A DNA stretch of 63,899 nt, filler included, from Octopus bimaculoides (taxonomy: Eukaryota), in the NCBI RefSeq assembly GCF_001194135.2. It is 7 parts of 5 records of this genome, joined end to end, with 100 filler letters (N's around TTAATTAATTAA, not from the genome) between each part and the next. Parts side by side here need not be neighbours in the genome. Positions count along the whole stretch, not along the records: positions 37,860 to 51,532 come from NC_068983.1; 6 more parts are not named here. One strand, written 5' to 3'. This document shows positions 37,860 to 50,455 of the stretch, one piece after another; position 1 is the first letter of the stretch; each line of letters opens with the position of its first letter. Both the position numbers and the translations under genes were made by a program. A model generated the notes under the pieces. The model worked only from the letters and a program-made list of their open reading frames with translations. It searched no databases and was not told where the DNA came from.

Positions 37860-38270
37860 CAGGTGAAGGAGCTGGTGATGCGAAAGGGTCGGTGATGGGT
37901 GCTGGTGAGGAGGGTGGTGTTGGAGAGGTAAGGGCAAGTGCGGCAGCGTGGGCGGGAGCAAGGGAATGAGCCAGGTTGGGAGGTTGGGTTGGGGAAGAAG
38001 CTGTGGACCAAGAGGTCCCGTAGGTTGTGGGCTCGTTTGAAGGAGGGGAGGGGTCGATTAGGGAAGATGTGGGAGGTGGAGGGGTCGGACTGGAGGCGCC
38101 GAAAAGCTCGGAGAATGGAGCTTCTACCTCCATCTCTAAAGATCTCTTACTTTCCACTCACACTTTTATGAAATTACACCCTTCTCCTCCTTCCAAATCA
38201 CTGTCTATATTCTCTCTTATATTCACCTTTTTGTACCTTGAGACTTAACTGTCACATTTCAGCACCACCA
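37860..38270 (-). mobile_element. Penelope-like element, RT-to-GIY-YIG linker
   Basis: FKRAHNLRDLLVHS...PGSFPCSRPRCRTCPYL...FRITSSFT, the cysteine-rich PLE linker. Confidence 0.85.
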
Positions 38271-38440
38271 GCTTTAACTTTTTTCTAGCTACCGCCACCT
38301 ACCCTTATATAATGTAGATTAGCTGTGCATCTCCTCTATATAAAAGGCACCAATGTTTAAGGTGGCAATACTTGTCTCTCAACACCTGGCACAAAAACAA
38401 CATCTCCTCACTCAAAAAGTCCTTGTATTCTTACATATTA

Positions 38441-38850
38441 TCATCATCATCACCATCATCATCATCATTTAACGTCCGTTTTCCATGCTAGCATGGGTTG
38501 AACGATTTGACTGAGCACTGGTGAACCAGATGGCTACACCAGGCTCCAATCTGATTTGACAGAGTTTCTGCAGCTAGATGCCCTTCCTAACGCCAACCAT
38601 TCCGAGAGTGTAGTGGGTGCTTTTATGTGCCACCGGCACAAAGGCCAGTCAGGCGGTACTGGCAATGGCCATGCTCAAAATGGTGTATTTTACGTGCCAC
38701 CTGCACAGGAACCAGTCCAGCGGCACTGGCAATGATCTTGCTCGAATGTCTTTACATGTGTCAACAGCACAAGTGCCAGGAAGGCAATCCTGGGCACAGG
38801 TGCCATCATGATTTCGCTTTTGCTTGCCCCAACAGGTCTTCGCAAGCCAT
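38441..38850 (-). mobile_element. Family B RTE-tail retroposon (long copy)
   Basis: (CAT)n followed by the family B body with internal ggcactggcaa repeats. Confidence 0.85.
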
Positions 38851-38903
38851 GGCCAGCATATTAAAATACCTTTCAAGGTGAAAATTATAAACAATTATAA
38901 ATA

Positions 38904-39066
38904 AGGGCAAAAGAAAAAAATTTACTATGCCAATATGCCGAAAAATAGACCGTAGATTGTCTAACCACATACAATATATTTCACTGTGAAAAATATTGTA
39001 TGTGGCTAGATGATCTAATGTCTATATTTTAGCATATTGGCATAGAAAATGTTTTTCTTTTACTCT
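38904..39066. mobile_element. TA-flanked palindromic (Tc1/mariner-type) MITE
   Basis: TA|agggcaaaagaaaaa...ctatgccaatatgc...|center|...gcatattggcatag...ttttcttttactct|TA. Confidence 0.75.
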
Positions 39067-39539
39067 TATTTATGATGATATACATTATATGTATACAAAA
39101 ACAAATAACAATATATGGATAGTGGTTCACTCACTACTACTGTTTCCAACATTTTTTTTTTTTTTTTGATAAATAGAGTTATTACATCATGTGAAAAAAA
39201 CCCATTTTCATCAGGTAAATATAAGCATGATTTGAAGTTTGAAAATACATTCCATGAATCCAGGTATGTGCCATTTCTCTGACTAATTTTTATACATGTA
39301 TATATATATATATATGTATATATATTAATTTATTTATATACATATAATTTTTATTTATATATATATATTTATACATATATATATATAAATGTATATATAT
39401 TTATTTATTTATTTATTTGTGTGCATGTGTTTGTGTGTGCGTGCGTATTTATTACAGGAAAAGGACAACAAAAACCAAGGCAGGATGAGTATCTCAAGTC
39501 ATTTAGAATAATTTAATCAGGGTAAGATGAATTTGAAGT

Positions 39540-39900
39540 CTTACAGCTGTTTCTGGGGTATCCCAAGTGATAGGTTAACATGTCCGTACACTGGGTATTC
39601 TGTCATCAGAGACAAGGCAAGTTTGTATGAAAGTTCTAGACAGGGTAATTCACAGTTTATAAGGATTAGAATAAAATAATAAAGAATAAAAGTAGATAGA
39701 AGAATATAGACAGAAGAATAAAGTTCACAGTTTGTCTTCTTCCAGAGGGTATGGAGGTTAGTCCATACTTTCATGAAGGCATAGGCCCTTAGGTAAATCC
39801 AGGGCAAATCCAGACAGTATTTTGTGTGATATGATCATGTTGAAGTAATGAATAAGTGGTTAGCTAGTACGTAAACGATCCACATGAGTATACAGAGTAA
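39540..39900 (-). mobile_element. Penelope-like 3' fragment
   Basis: Weak WI...PKGL C-terminal motif followed by a UTR containing CTGATGA...CGGACATGTT; it is an inverted homolog of 40470-40620. Confidence 0.45.
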
Positions 39901-39949
39901 AATAAAAGTGAAAGTAAAGATAAGATGCCAGTATTACTCTTTGTAAGTA

Positions 39950-40170
39950 AGGTGGTGAGCTGGCAGAAATATTAGCTTGCTGGGTGAAATGCTTAGTGGT
40001 ATTTCGTCTGTCTTTATGTTCTGAGTTCAATTTCCGTTGAGGTCAACTTTGCCTTTCATCCTTTCAGGGTCAATAAATTAAGTACCAGTTACGTACTGAG
40101 ATCAATCTAATCAACTATCCCCCTCCCCCAAAATTTCGGGTCTTGTACCTAGTGTAGAAAAGATTATTCT
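39950..40170 (+). mobile_element. SINE family C
   Basis: ggtggtgagctggcagaa...gagttcaattt...cctttcatcctttcagggtcaataaattaagtacc. Confidence 0.8.
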
Positions 40171-40469
40171 TTGTAAGAGTTCGTTCGGAGTGAGAGGTCA
40201 GGCATTAAGGTTTTGGTAAAGTGGAGGAGATAGATGAATTCTAGGTTAGGTATGGTCAGAGAGAATATTTAGTTCAGTGGTCAGTAGGGATAGCTTGCAA
40301 AGAATAATACAGGCATCTTATCTTTATTTTTATTTTTTGATTTTTGATTTTACTTTACTTTCGCTGTCATTCATTCTTTCCAACACCTCTCCCATTCCTT
40401 TCTTTACTCTATTTCTCTTCTTCTATCCACTCACTCACAACCCATTTCTGTTTATCTTGATGTATGTCA

Positions 40470-40620
40470 TATTCACTCTTTATGCTCACGTGGATCATTT
40501 ACATACTAGCTAACCATTTATTCATTACTTCAACATGAACACATCATTCAAAATACTGCCAAAATATTGCCTGGATTTACCTGAGATTATACCTATGGGC
40601 CTGCACCACCAGGAAAGGTA
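40470..40620 (+). mobile_element. Penelope-like GIY-YIG C-terminal fragment
   Basis: LANH...WIYL...IPMGLHHQER* resembles the PLE C-terminal WIxxLxTxxPxGLN motif. Confidence 0.45.
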
Positions 40621-41302
40621 AAGGATGATGGAAATGAAGTTTCAGAGCGTAGCTTCAAGATACAAGAAGATGGATAAAGGAGTAATAGGGACAAACAGAG
40701 AATCAAGGATGACTGAGTGGGTAGGTTCTTGAAAGTGTGAAAAGAGAGTGATAGATAGAAATATAGGTAAATGCTTTGAATGGGGGTCATGAGTGGGGTC
40801 ACGAACAATGGTGAATCTCCTATTAGGAGGAAGATTAGGATAATATATATGAGTCAGGGAAGAGAATGTGATAGGCAGCAATACATAAAAAAGATGGGTG
40901 GAGAGCAACGGTATAATGACACTGTAGAAAGATGAGAAGTAGGGAGATGGTGTGAAGTGAGAATATGAGAGAAGATACACAGTAACAGAGACAGAGTTCA
41001 GAGAAACATAGGGGTGGATATAGTGAGTGACCAAAAAAAAAGGGGGTTCGTCAATGGCAGATACAAGCATGTGTTCAGTGGGAATAAATTGGGAGGAGCA
41101 GGATGGGCAGCAAGTGAAATTACTCCAAGGAGAGGGACAACTGGTAGCACAAAGGGGTATTGTCCTTTACTTGGAAAACAGGTAAGGGTTAACAGCAGGA
41201 AGTTCAGTTGGCCATAAAATCTTACCCCAGTTTCTTTCCATGTAAACCAAGCTAGCCTGGAAAATAGACAATAAACAAAACAATTGAACAAATGAATTAT
41301 GC

Positions 41303-41530
41303 CATCATCATCATCATTTAACGTCTGTTTTCCATGCTGGAATGGGTTGGATAGCTTGACCATAGTTGGCAAACTGAAGAGCTGCACCAGGTTCCAGTCT
41401 GATTTGGAATGGTTTCTATGGCTGGATGCTCTTCCTAATGCTGACCACTTTACAGAATGTTCTGGTTGCTTTTATGTGGCACCACACAAGTGCTTTTACA
41501 TGGAACCAGCATGAGAGCTTTTCATGTGGC
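41303..41530 (-). mobile_element. Family B RTE-tail retroposon, diverged
   Basis: catcatcatcatttaacgtctgttttccatgctggaatgggttgga... Confidence 0.8.
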
Positions 41531-42859
41531 ACTGGTATAGGTGTATGTGTATATATGTATGTGCATGTACACATACATTGCATGCATAGAGGTATGGAAG
41601 AACAAAAGATTGAAAAATACTTTATTCAACTGAGGCTTCATTTAGGTTTAAATAAATGGTTTTGTATTTGTATGTGTGCGCGCACATGTGTGTGTGTGTA
41701 TGCATATTGTGCTTGTATTTGTGAGCACTTGTGTGAGTTTATGTCTATATCTATAACTACACAATTCAAATGTTGGCTGAAAGAAAACCTCAACATATCT
41801 AACTTCAAATAAAATGTTTGTCGTTGCATCCAAATATAAATGTGAAGGTAATATATTTGAGTAAAACTTTGGCATTCATAATTATAGCATTTCAATTTTT
41901 TTAATAATTTGAAAATACTTCAATTTAGATATTATTTCCCCCCCCCCCCATTCTTTTGAAGGCTGTACATTTTCTTTTTCTTTTGTTTTTTTGGTTTTGT
42001 TTTGTTTTGCTTTGTTTTTAGAAGTGTTGCTTTAGAATTGTAGAAAATCTCTTGATGCTTTTATTATGTTTATTACGTAAAACTAAGACGTGATAATGAT
42101 AAAAAATCTGAAAAATGTTAGAAATGTTTTGGTAGTTTTATTTTCATTGCTATAGACAGACTATGAGTGTTTGAAGAATCCACAGCTGAACATTCATAGG
42201 TGAGGAGATCATTCAATGAAGAAGCTAATGAATATAAAGTCATTTCTTGAAGGGGAATATAAACTAATAGGAATTATTTGTTAAACTTTTTATAACATTG
42301 TCTTTCTATTCACTAACAGATGGCACAATCTTATTTATTCATAGTAAATTAGTAAATTTTCTTATGATCTGCAGAGATGATAAAAGCCAAAGAGGAAGAA
42401 TATGAAATAAATAGGGTAAAGGAGATAAACAACAAGAATGTAATGAGATAGAAATAAAATGAAAGGATGGAGAACAGAACACCATTGCGAGATATGGAAT
42501 TTGTCATATGTATTTGTGTGTTTGTGTGTAATGTTTAAACGTATTAGACCAGGTGTGCACATATTGGTTCAAATGCCAATTAAAAATGACAACAGAAATG
42601 GTGACAATTAAATCATGGATGTATTTTTTGTCTATGCAAACACACTATGGCACAATCAGAGTGAACTTCCGTTTTTGTAGTCATTCTAATATGCTGAGTT
42701 GATGTAATTAAAACAATATATATTTCATATTTCACAACTCAGAGATGCAGGTACTGAGAAGGATGCACAGCATGTAGGCTTTTATGTAAAACATTAACAG
42801 TTGGTCCAGGGACTCTAACGCCCCCTTGTGGCTCAACATCAATATTAACAGAAAGACTA

Positions 42860-43070
42860 GGTGGTGAGCTGACAGAATTGTTAGCATGATGGTAAAATGC
42901 TTAGCAGCATTTCTCTCATTTTTATGTTCAAATTCTGTCAAGGTCGACTTTACCGTTCTTTTATTCAGGATCAATAGAATAAGTATCAGGTGAGCACTGG
43001 GGTTGATATAATCAACTTTCTCCCTCCCACAAAGTTGTTGGCCTTGTGCCAAAATGTGAATCCAATATTA
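42860..43070 (+). mobile_element. SINE family C
   Basis: ggtggtgagctgacagaattgttagc...aaattctgtcaaggtcgacttt...ggccttgtgccaaaat. Confidence 0.75.
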
Positions 43071-43249
43071 AAGGGAAAACAGGCATTAAAAAACTATTAT
43101 TTTCACATTTATGTTAGCAGGCCAAACGGCAATGTATCTGCAACTTACAGCAAATCTTATAAACAACTACACTTCTAAAACCCCTATGAAAATATTAATT
43201 CATATAATACCAGTAATAAACTGGTATCTTTCTTGGCATTAAATTTAGT

Positions 43250-46200
43250 GTTTGCCAGTCAATTGGTGGCAGCTTGTAAACAGCAAGCATTAGAAGCCAT
43301 CAACACCTTTATTCATACCTCATGACTTTTAAACCAAGATTCTTGATTTAAAAGTGTATCTACCATTAAATACTGAGGGGAAGGCAAATGAAATACCCTT
43401 GTTACAGTTTTATATTGATTACTTGAAAAAAGTGAATTGAAGTTAGAAGCAATTCAACAAACACCAGTATTGGAATGGATTTCAATGAATGCTAATATGC
43501 TAATCATAATAATTGACAAGTAAAACAATATTTTACTGATGTGATATCTGAGGTGAAGATTTTCTCCACCTGGTTGCTATACAAAAGGATTATACATACA
43601 TTGTTTTCATAGGTATTGTAACATGATTTATATATGACAAGATTGCTCTGCCGCAACCAAGGAATCTTTATCATTCATTTGGCAAAAGGTTTGCAATTGA
43701 AAGTTATGTCAATATAATAATAATTATAAGTGTAATTTTTACAACATTACAACAATTTCAGATGTTTTAGATTCTATTCAAAAGTTAGTTGTTTCAACTA
43801 CAATAAATAATGTAGACATTGGCACTTTAATCGATTCAGGAAGTACAGAAAATTTTATTCACACATCTTTTGCTATTAATATGAAATTGCCTATTGAATC
43901 TACTTCTTCTAGAATCACTATGGCTTCTTTCACACATAAGAAAGTAATTAGAGCTTCACAATTTTGATGTTATTCCTGCCGATAATATTTACAATATTAA
44001 ATTTTCAACAATGGATGATCTTTGTGTACATTTGTTGCTAGGGCAAAGTTTTATGTTTCTTCACAAAATTGTTAATATTGAATATAATGATGCTATACCA
44101 ATAATTTTTGGCCTATTAACTATGCCTATGGATCCTCCTCAAAAATTTAGGGCTTTGGTAATAACTATAAAATTATTACTAATTCTGGTCAATTTTATTC
44201 TAAATTGATATTTTGTTTTTGTTTTTATAGTCTATTGAAAGGAATGGGGATAAATACAGATTGTATTTCTCCATATGTGCTCATTTTGGTTGTGAAAAAC
44301 CCTAATAAATTTAGAGCAGAGTGTTCACAAATTAACTGATTTAATCATTTGGTTGCACTTCCACTACCTCAGTTTTGGTAAATAACACCTCAAAACATCT
44401 CAAAATGAAATTATTTGTGCAGTTATTACCAAGTCCTAAGTTGATGAGTTATCCTTTGCAGTATTTGAAAATAATGGAAAATCCAATTTAGTAAAATGTC
44501 TTTGGAGTCAAAGAATACTATAACTACTTACATGGAATAACTGATAAAATGAATTAAATAATTTACATTAAATCATCCACATTAAATCACTCGACTTATT
44601 TTATCAGTTGTAAAACATTTAAATGCACTATATGCTTATATTGTTGATTTTATTGTATGTGCAACAGAGGAGCATATCCAAATTTAGATAAATTTAATTA
44701 GGTGGTCAAAGACTATGAACTTACTTTAAATGGGGCTAAGATGGAAACTGTCCATTTTCTGGAATACAAAATTTCTGATGAAATTCTAAAGTGAGATCAA
44801 GGGAGGTTAAAAGCATTAAGGAACTATCCATTTCCCCAAAATAATGGAAGTTACTTCAATGGTTGATTGGAATATTTTCAATTTATTCCAAATGGATTCC
44901 TCATTATTCAGTTAAAATAAAGTTAGTTTTATTGATTATTCACTGCTCAAACATGTTATTTCAATTGTCTCAAATTTTGTGTTTCTTAAGGGAATACTTG
45001 GTATAAAAAATAAGTTTAAACTATTTGTACTTTACAACTGATGCCTCTGGGATGACCATATCAGATATTAACTACCAAAATTAACTACCAAAAGAGAAAA
45101 ACATCTTTGAATGAACAGAAAACATCAGCCATTATTGAAAGTGTCAGAAAGTGGAGACTAGCAAAACCTTTTCAACTATTAATAGATTAAGGTGTTACAG
45201 AATTAAACATCAACCAAAGGTTAAAAATAATAAGCTGGTAGGCTGGCAGTTGGAATTGTTTGAATACGCTTATGACATAAAGTATCATTCTAGAAAAGAA
45301 AATATTTACTGATGCTTTCTCCAGAAATTTGTTTTGCTTTATCAAGTCTTTCTCCTTAGATTCATCAACAAGTTTGTCATAATGGCATCTGTCAGTTTTA
45401 TCACTACATGAAATTCAAAAACTTTATTTATTAGCATTCATGATGTTGAGATGATAGTCAGCTCTTGTAATAATTGTGTTTTTACCATCTTCTTAGCTTT
45501 TAACTTTTATTTGGTACGGTCATTAGACTGTGGCCATATCAGAGCTCCACCATGAAGGGTTTAGTTGAACAAATCAACCTCAAGGGTTTATTAAGTCTGG
45601 TACTAATTCTATCAGTCTCTTTTGTGGAACCACAACAAGAATGTAAATAAACCAATGTTAATTGTCAAGTGGTGAGGACAAAGGCACACACACACACACA
45701 TGCATATACAGATGTGTCTATGCACCTCTAACAATAGAGAGCAGTCGTTGCCTCTGATGAGTGTTGAGTTATATAATCAAACTGTACCTAACACTCCGTT
45801 AAATCCTTAGTGTAAAACTGATTGGTAAGATTGACACTAACGGACATATAATACAGCACACTTCGATTGATATATATATGTATGTGTGATTGTGTGTGTG
45901 TGTGTGTGTGTGTACACAATGGGCTTCCACATACTTTCCGTCTACTAAATTTACTCACAAGGCATTGGTCAACCTAGGGCTATAGTAGAACAAACTTGCC
46001 CAAGATGTCACATAGTGGGACTGAACCTGAAACCACATAGTTAGAAAATGATCTTTTTAACCACCACCGTGCTTATTAGTTCACATATTCTTTTTTTTTT
46101 TACCAAAAGTTGCCATATTAATACATTTTGATTCAACCATAGAAAAGATTATTTAGTGATTTCATGGAAACAAAGGAATCGTTTATATATATAAAAAATG

Positions 46201-46790
46201 GTTCATTTTGTATTGTGCTGATGCACACTCACAATTCAATTCACACACCTATGGTCAAACATCATTGCTATTACAGTAATTAAATTACTGACTCAATTAT
46301 TTGTATTAACTGAAAATCTAGCTGGTCTATATAGTGACTGAGAAACCTCCTTTTTGTCTTTGGAAGTCTTGAATTCTTTTTATCGAATTGCACTTCATGC
46401 AATCCACAGAGGAATGACCAATGTGAACAACATAATGGCAGATTGCAGAAGACTGGCTTGGAATATGGCGAATCTCTATATATCCAGGTGGGAATTAGTT
46501 CAATGAGATCACTCTTATCATTAGCAACGAACAGCATTCTACATTAAAGATTCATTATTTTTTCTCTTGTACAACAAATGGTGAAATTAAACTTGTTTGG
46601 ATGATGCTTGGTGGGAGCGTTTTCTTAAGAAAATGTTCTCCAATTAAAAACAGAACCTTCAGGTGAAGTTCAGCTGGTGGATGCCAATCCAGATGATGCA
46701 AATGTTAGATTTAATGATGGACAAGAAGATAAGGTAGATTGCAGAGATTTTGCACCTGAACCTATAATGAATTAACAAAAAACAGTTAAT
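43250..46790 (+). mobile_element. Decayed Ty3/Gypsy LTR retrotransposon internal region
   Basis: Ordered remnants: zinc knuckle (HLAK..C), protease LIDSGSTENFI (43827-), RT (LKALRNYPFP, YSKWIPHYS), RNase H TDASG (45037-51) and WQLELFEYAYDIKYH..KEN..DAFSR, integrase zinc region, NPQRNDQCEQHNG, and the C-terminal EVQLVDANPDDANVRFNDGQED..DFAP. LTRs were not recognised. Confidence 0.9.
45505..46070 (-). mobile_element. SINE family A inserted in the Gypsy integrase
   Basis: Tail at 45505-45680 and head at 45915-46070, with an extra insert in the central microsatellite. Confidence 0.8.
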
Positions 46791-47219
46791 AAAATATGAT
46801 GATAAAAATGGTTCATTTTATGATTGCACTCCTCATTAATTTTCTTTTGATACTGATGTTATTTCACACGTGGATATTTGAATTCCTAACCCAACTGATG
46901 ATGTTTGTGATGCTAATGCATTGTGCATTCTTTTCAATGCTTGGATATCTAAGCTGTGGTGAATGTTGAGAAATGTGCAATATGTCGTGCCTATATGTGA
47001 ATAATGTTTTCAACATAATACCAACCACAATATTCAGGTATTGGTTTTGACAATCAAATAAGAAATGATAACCAGAATAGCAGTAGACACAAATCCATGA
47101 ATAAAACTTTTAGAATTATACTTTGTCTGTACAACTCCAAAAATACAACATGATTATTTCATAATGAGATGATATGAGTTATTTATTACTCAAGTTAGTC
47201 AGTTTAAAAGCCAATAATC

Positions 47220-47345
47220 TACCATAATAATAATAATAATAACCATTATAATAATAATATTATTATTATTTTTATCATCATCATCACCATCACCATCACC
47301 ATCACCATCACCATCATCATTAATAATAATAATAATAATAATAAC
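47220..47345. repeat. (AAT)n/(CAT)n/(CACCAT)n compound repeat
   Basis: Direct reading. Confidence 0.9.
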
Positions 47346-48230
47346 CAGAAGCCTAAATTGCTGATTAAATATTATAATATAGCATTAGAAAAGAATTTTG
47401 GAAATTGACTCTTAAATGGATTTAGGTTTCCATTGTCAACTACAACTAAATCATTTCAAATAATTATTTAATGGTTAGTCACTGTTTTCAGAGTAATTAT
47501 ATAGAGCTGAACCAACTAATATCTGATTTATTGAACACTTAGAGTACTTCAGTTCTAAAACATTTTAGAAATTATGATAGATAACACTGGATAGAGAACT
47601 AAATTTTCTTCAAGTCAGCCGAGAATTTATTCAAAATTCAAAAATAAAAATTCCTTTAAGCCATAAGCAATAGGTTCCAAATTGTAGCTAATTCTCACAA
47701 AATATATTTAAAAAATTCTTTCAATATTTAAAATACATGCCTTAAGAATTCAGATAAAATTTAGTTTATTCTTGTTTTTGTTCATTTATGGTGGGTTTTT
47801 TTGTTTTTTTTTAAAGAAAACTTGAGAGAAATTTTTGCAGTGACAGAAAAGTACTCAAGACAAAATCAAAAATCAATTCTCTTAAAATGCTAAATTGATC
47901 CATAATTTCAAGAAAGTCTACTACTTTTATTTGAATTTCAAAGTGGAATTTACTGGAACACAGTAGCGCATGAAAAGTATTGGCGTGTGATTTAGAAGCA
48001 ACTAATTCTAACTTTGACACTGTTATGAAGTTTTGCTTTAGAGAAAAGTTGAAAATTAATTACATATTTTACAAATTATTCCATTGCAGTACATCAACTC
48101 TAAAACTGAGGATTTCCCAAGTCTTTTAGAAAAATTCAATTTAACCAAACAAGAGGAGATTTTTTTTCACAGAAGCAGCTTTTCTTAGCACACACACACA
48201 CACATATATGTATGCATACATATAACAGTG

Positions 48231-48360
48231 TCATCATCATCATTGTTTTAACATCCACTTTTCCATACTTGCATAGTTCAAATGGAATTTGTTAAGGCAC
48301 ATTTTCTATGGCTGGATACCCTTCTAGTACTGAACCCTTACTTGCTTCCAAATAAGGTAA
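48231..48360 (-). mobile_element. Family B-related 3' fragment
   Basis: catcatcattgtttaacatccacttttccatacttgcat...ggctggatacccttc. Confidence 0.6.
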
Positions 48361-48959
48361 TAGATGCTTTAAAACATCGACAAGTGCAAAGATAGGTGGT
48401 GACACTGAATGAACTGGGTGTTTTCACACCTTTTTACCATAAGAGAAATATATTCTCCATGGTAACTGCAGTGTGTTTGCCTTTTAGCAGTTGAAATATA
48501 TCACAGACATATTTAAAATAGCCTAAATCCTGCTCAAGCTTAAACACTGCTTAGTGCTAACAGTTTATTATTTTCTTCGATCAGGTGATCCACTAGTGCA
48601 AATCAGTCAACATGTTGACTGAATTATACATAAAGCTATGGCTTTATAAATTCAATCAGAGTTGCATTGCTTAGGTACATCTCCTGTTAATATTTAATGT
48701 TTCTTTGTTATTGCACTCTGTTGTACCTGTTGAAATTTGAACTGCTGTTAATCAGTCAACTGTCATTTTCACCCTGCAGGGCAGAAAATTGCAAAATTTT
48801 TGTTGGAAACAACTGCTATTGAACTTTTTGTGATTTGAACACTTTGATTTTTTACCCTTTGCAGGGTAAAAAAAATATCATTTTTGTCAATAATTTTGGG
48901 CAAAAATTATCTTTTTGTCAAAAAATATTTTTGTATTCCTTTTTAAGGAATTTATTTTT

Positions 48960-50455
48960 TGTAAAATTACATTATGGAATTCAACATAATGTCTAAGGAG
49001 GATTTCCCAGAAATGGAGAAGGTACCAAACAAAGAAACCGATAATACAAAACAAGTGTTCGAGGAAAAACCCAATTTTTCTGCCAACATGGGCAGGAATA
49101 TGATAACACTAGAGGTGACGATGGCTGAATTGTTTAAGTACAGAAATTTCGTAAAAAGAACAGAAATGATACGAAATTGCTCCCTCCGTGGGAAATTCTA
49201 CATAACATAGTTGCGAGAACGGTGGTCTATAAAACGTACAACCTAAAAGAAAAAAAGAATTGTATCTTGTAAAAGGGAAATAATTGAAAGGTGTCTGGCA
49301 CCTATTTGGAATAAAATTGTGTACGTTGGACGTGGTAGAAGGAAAGCCACGATAGCAGCACAGTTTGCTAACGAGAACACAGCGAAAGAGTTATCAACAA
49401 GAACACTAAAAAAAATGAGGAAATAATTTTACTACCAACGTATCTGGGTAGAAGAACGGCAAAAGTTACCGGAAAAGAAATACCAGCATGATATGACATA
49501 ATTTGGACAGCAGCAGCTATAATTTATGATATGGAGGAAAAAATGTCTATTTTACAGATGAAGAAGAGGCCGAAAATGTGGTTGCAGCCACCCCAGAAGT
49601 ACTAGAAGGGCTGCCCGATAGGATATTTATAGCGAAGGGGCTAAGTGTGAGAATTGCAGTAGAGGGCCACGTCCGCTCTGAATGCAAACCTAAAGTAAAA
49701 AATAGTGAAGCCTCTCCACCAAAAGAAACGCTAGAGACGGGAGAAAAAGAGAAACAAAAACTGAAAAGACACAAGAAAAACACAAAATACAACTCAAAAC
49801 GCATGAAGAAATGGAATTTACCGTGGTTAAAACCCAAAAGAGGAAAAAGGCCCAAGCCCCAGACTCCCGTCCCCATACAAAGAAAACAAATAAGCCAATG
49901 CCATACACACACGAAAAATCTCCCCACACCATCCTCTTGTTAAAACCCATTACCAAACCCCATCTCAAGGCGCAATAAAAAATTGTGGCCTTTAATGAAA
50001 AAAATGAGGTACTATCAAGAGTGATTAGAGCTCATTACAAAGCTAGGGTTTATAAAGACAATACGGACATGCCGCCTCACATTTGAATTGCGAGGATGGA
50101 TGTTAGATTATTCAATGAACTAAAAGGAAGGTATTTTGATGACTTAACAGATGTAAGTCAAGAGATGGCCGGTAGAAACTTTATGGTCAGTCCAGCGGCT
50201 ACACCACAAAAGAAAAAAGTTAGGGAGGAAGCTGAATTCTTGCAGCTCCTCCCCAAAATTAAAATGTAAGTAAATATACTTTACTATGGAAATTAAGCTA
50301 GGGTGTGTAAATACGCGTGGCCTGAGGTCGAAATGGAAACAAACTTTCTTCTGGACGACCTTAGGTTTAAAAGTCATGAGGTATGAATAACGTGCAGCTA
50401 AGTACAGTCTTTCTGGATCCAGAAGGTAGGCTGGTCATTTTGGATGTAACACACG
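48960..50455 (+). mobile_element. L1/Tx1-clade LINE 5' part (ORF1 plus start of ORF2), decayed
   Basis: ORF1 remnant includes LEGLPDRIFIAKGLSVRIAVEG..GHVRSEC (knuckle remnant). ORF2 begins at ATG 50286 with MEIKLGCVNTRGLRSKWKQ and later VFLDPEGRLVILDV (AP-endonuclease motifs). Confidence 0.8.

Noticed and set aside
42146-42195. tatag|...|gtgagg exon-like segment on the + strand
   Set aside because: It gives a stop in the phase needed to follow the 35775 candidate exon and has no recognisable homology.
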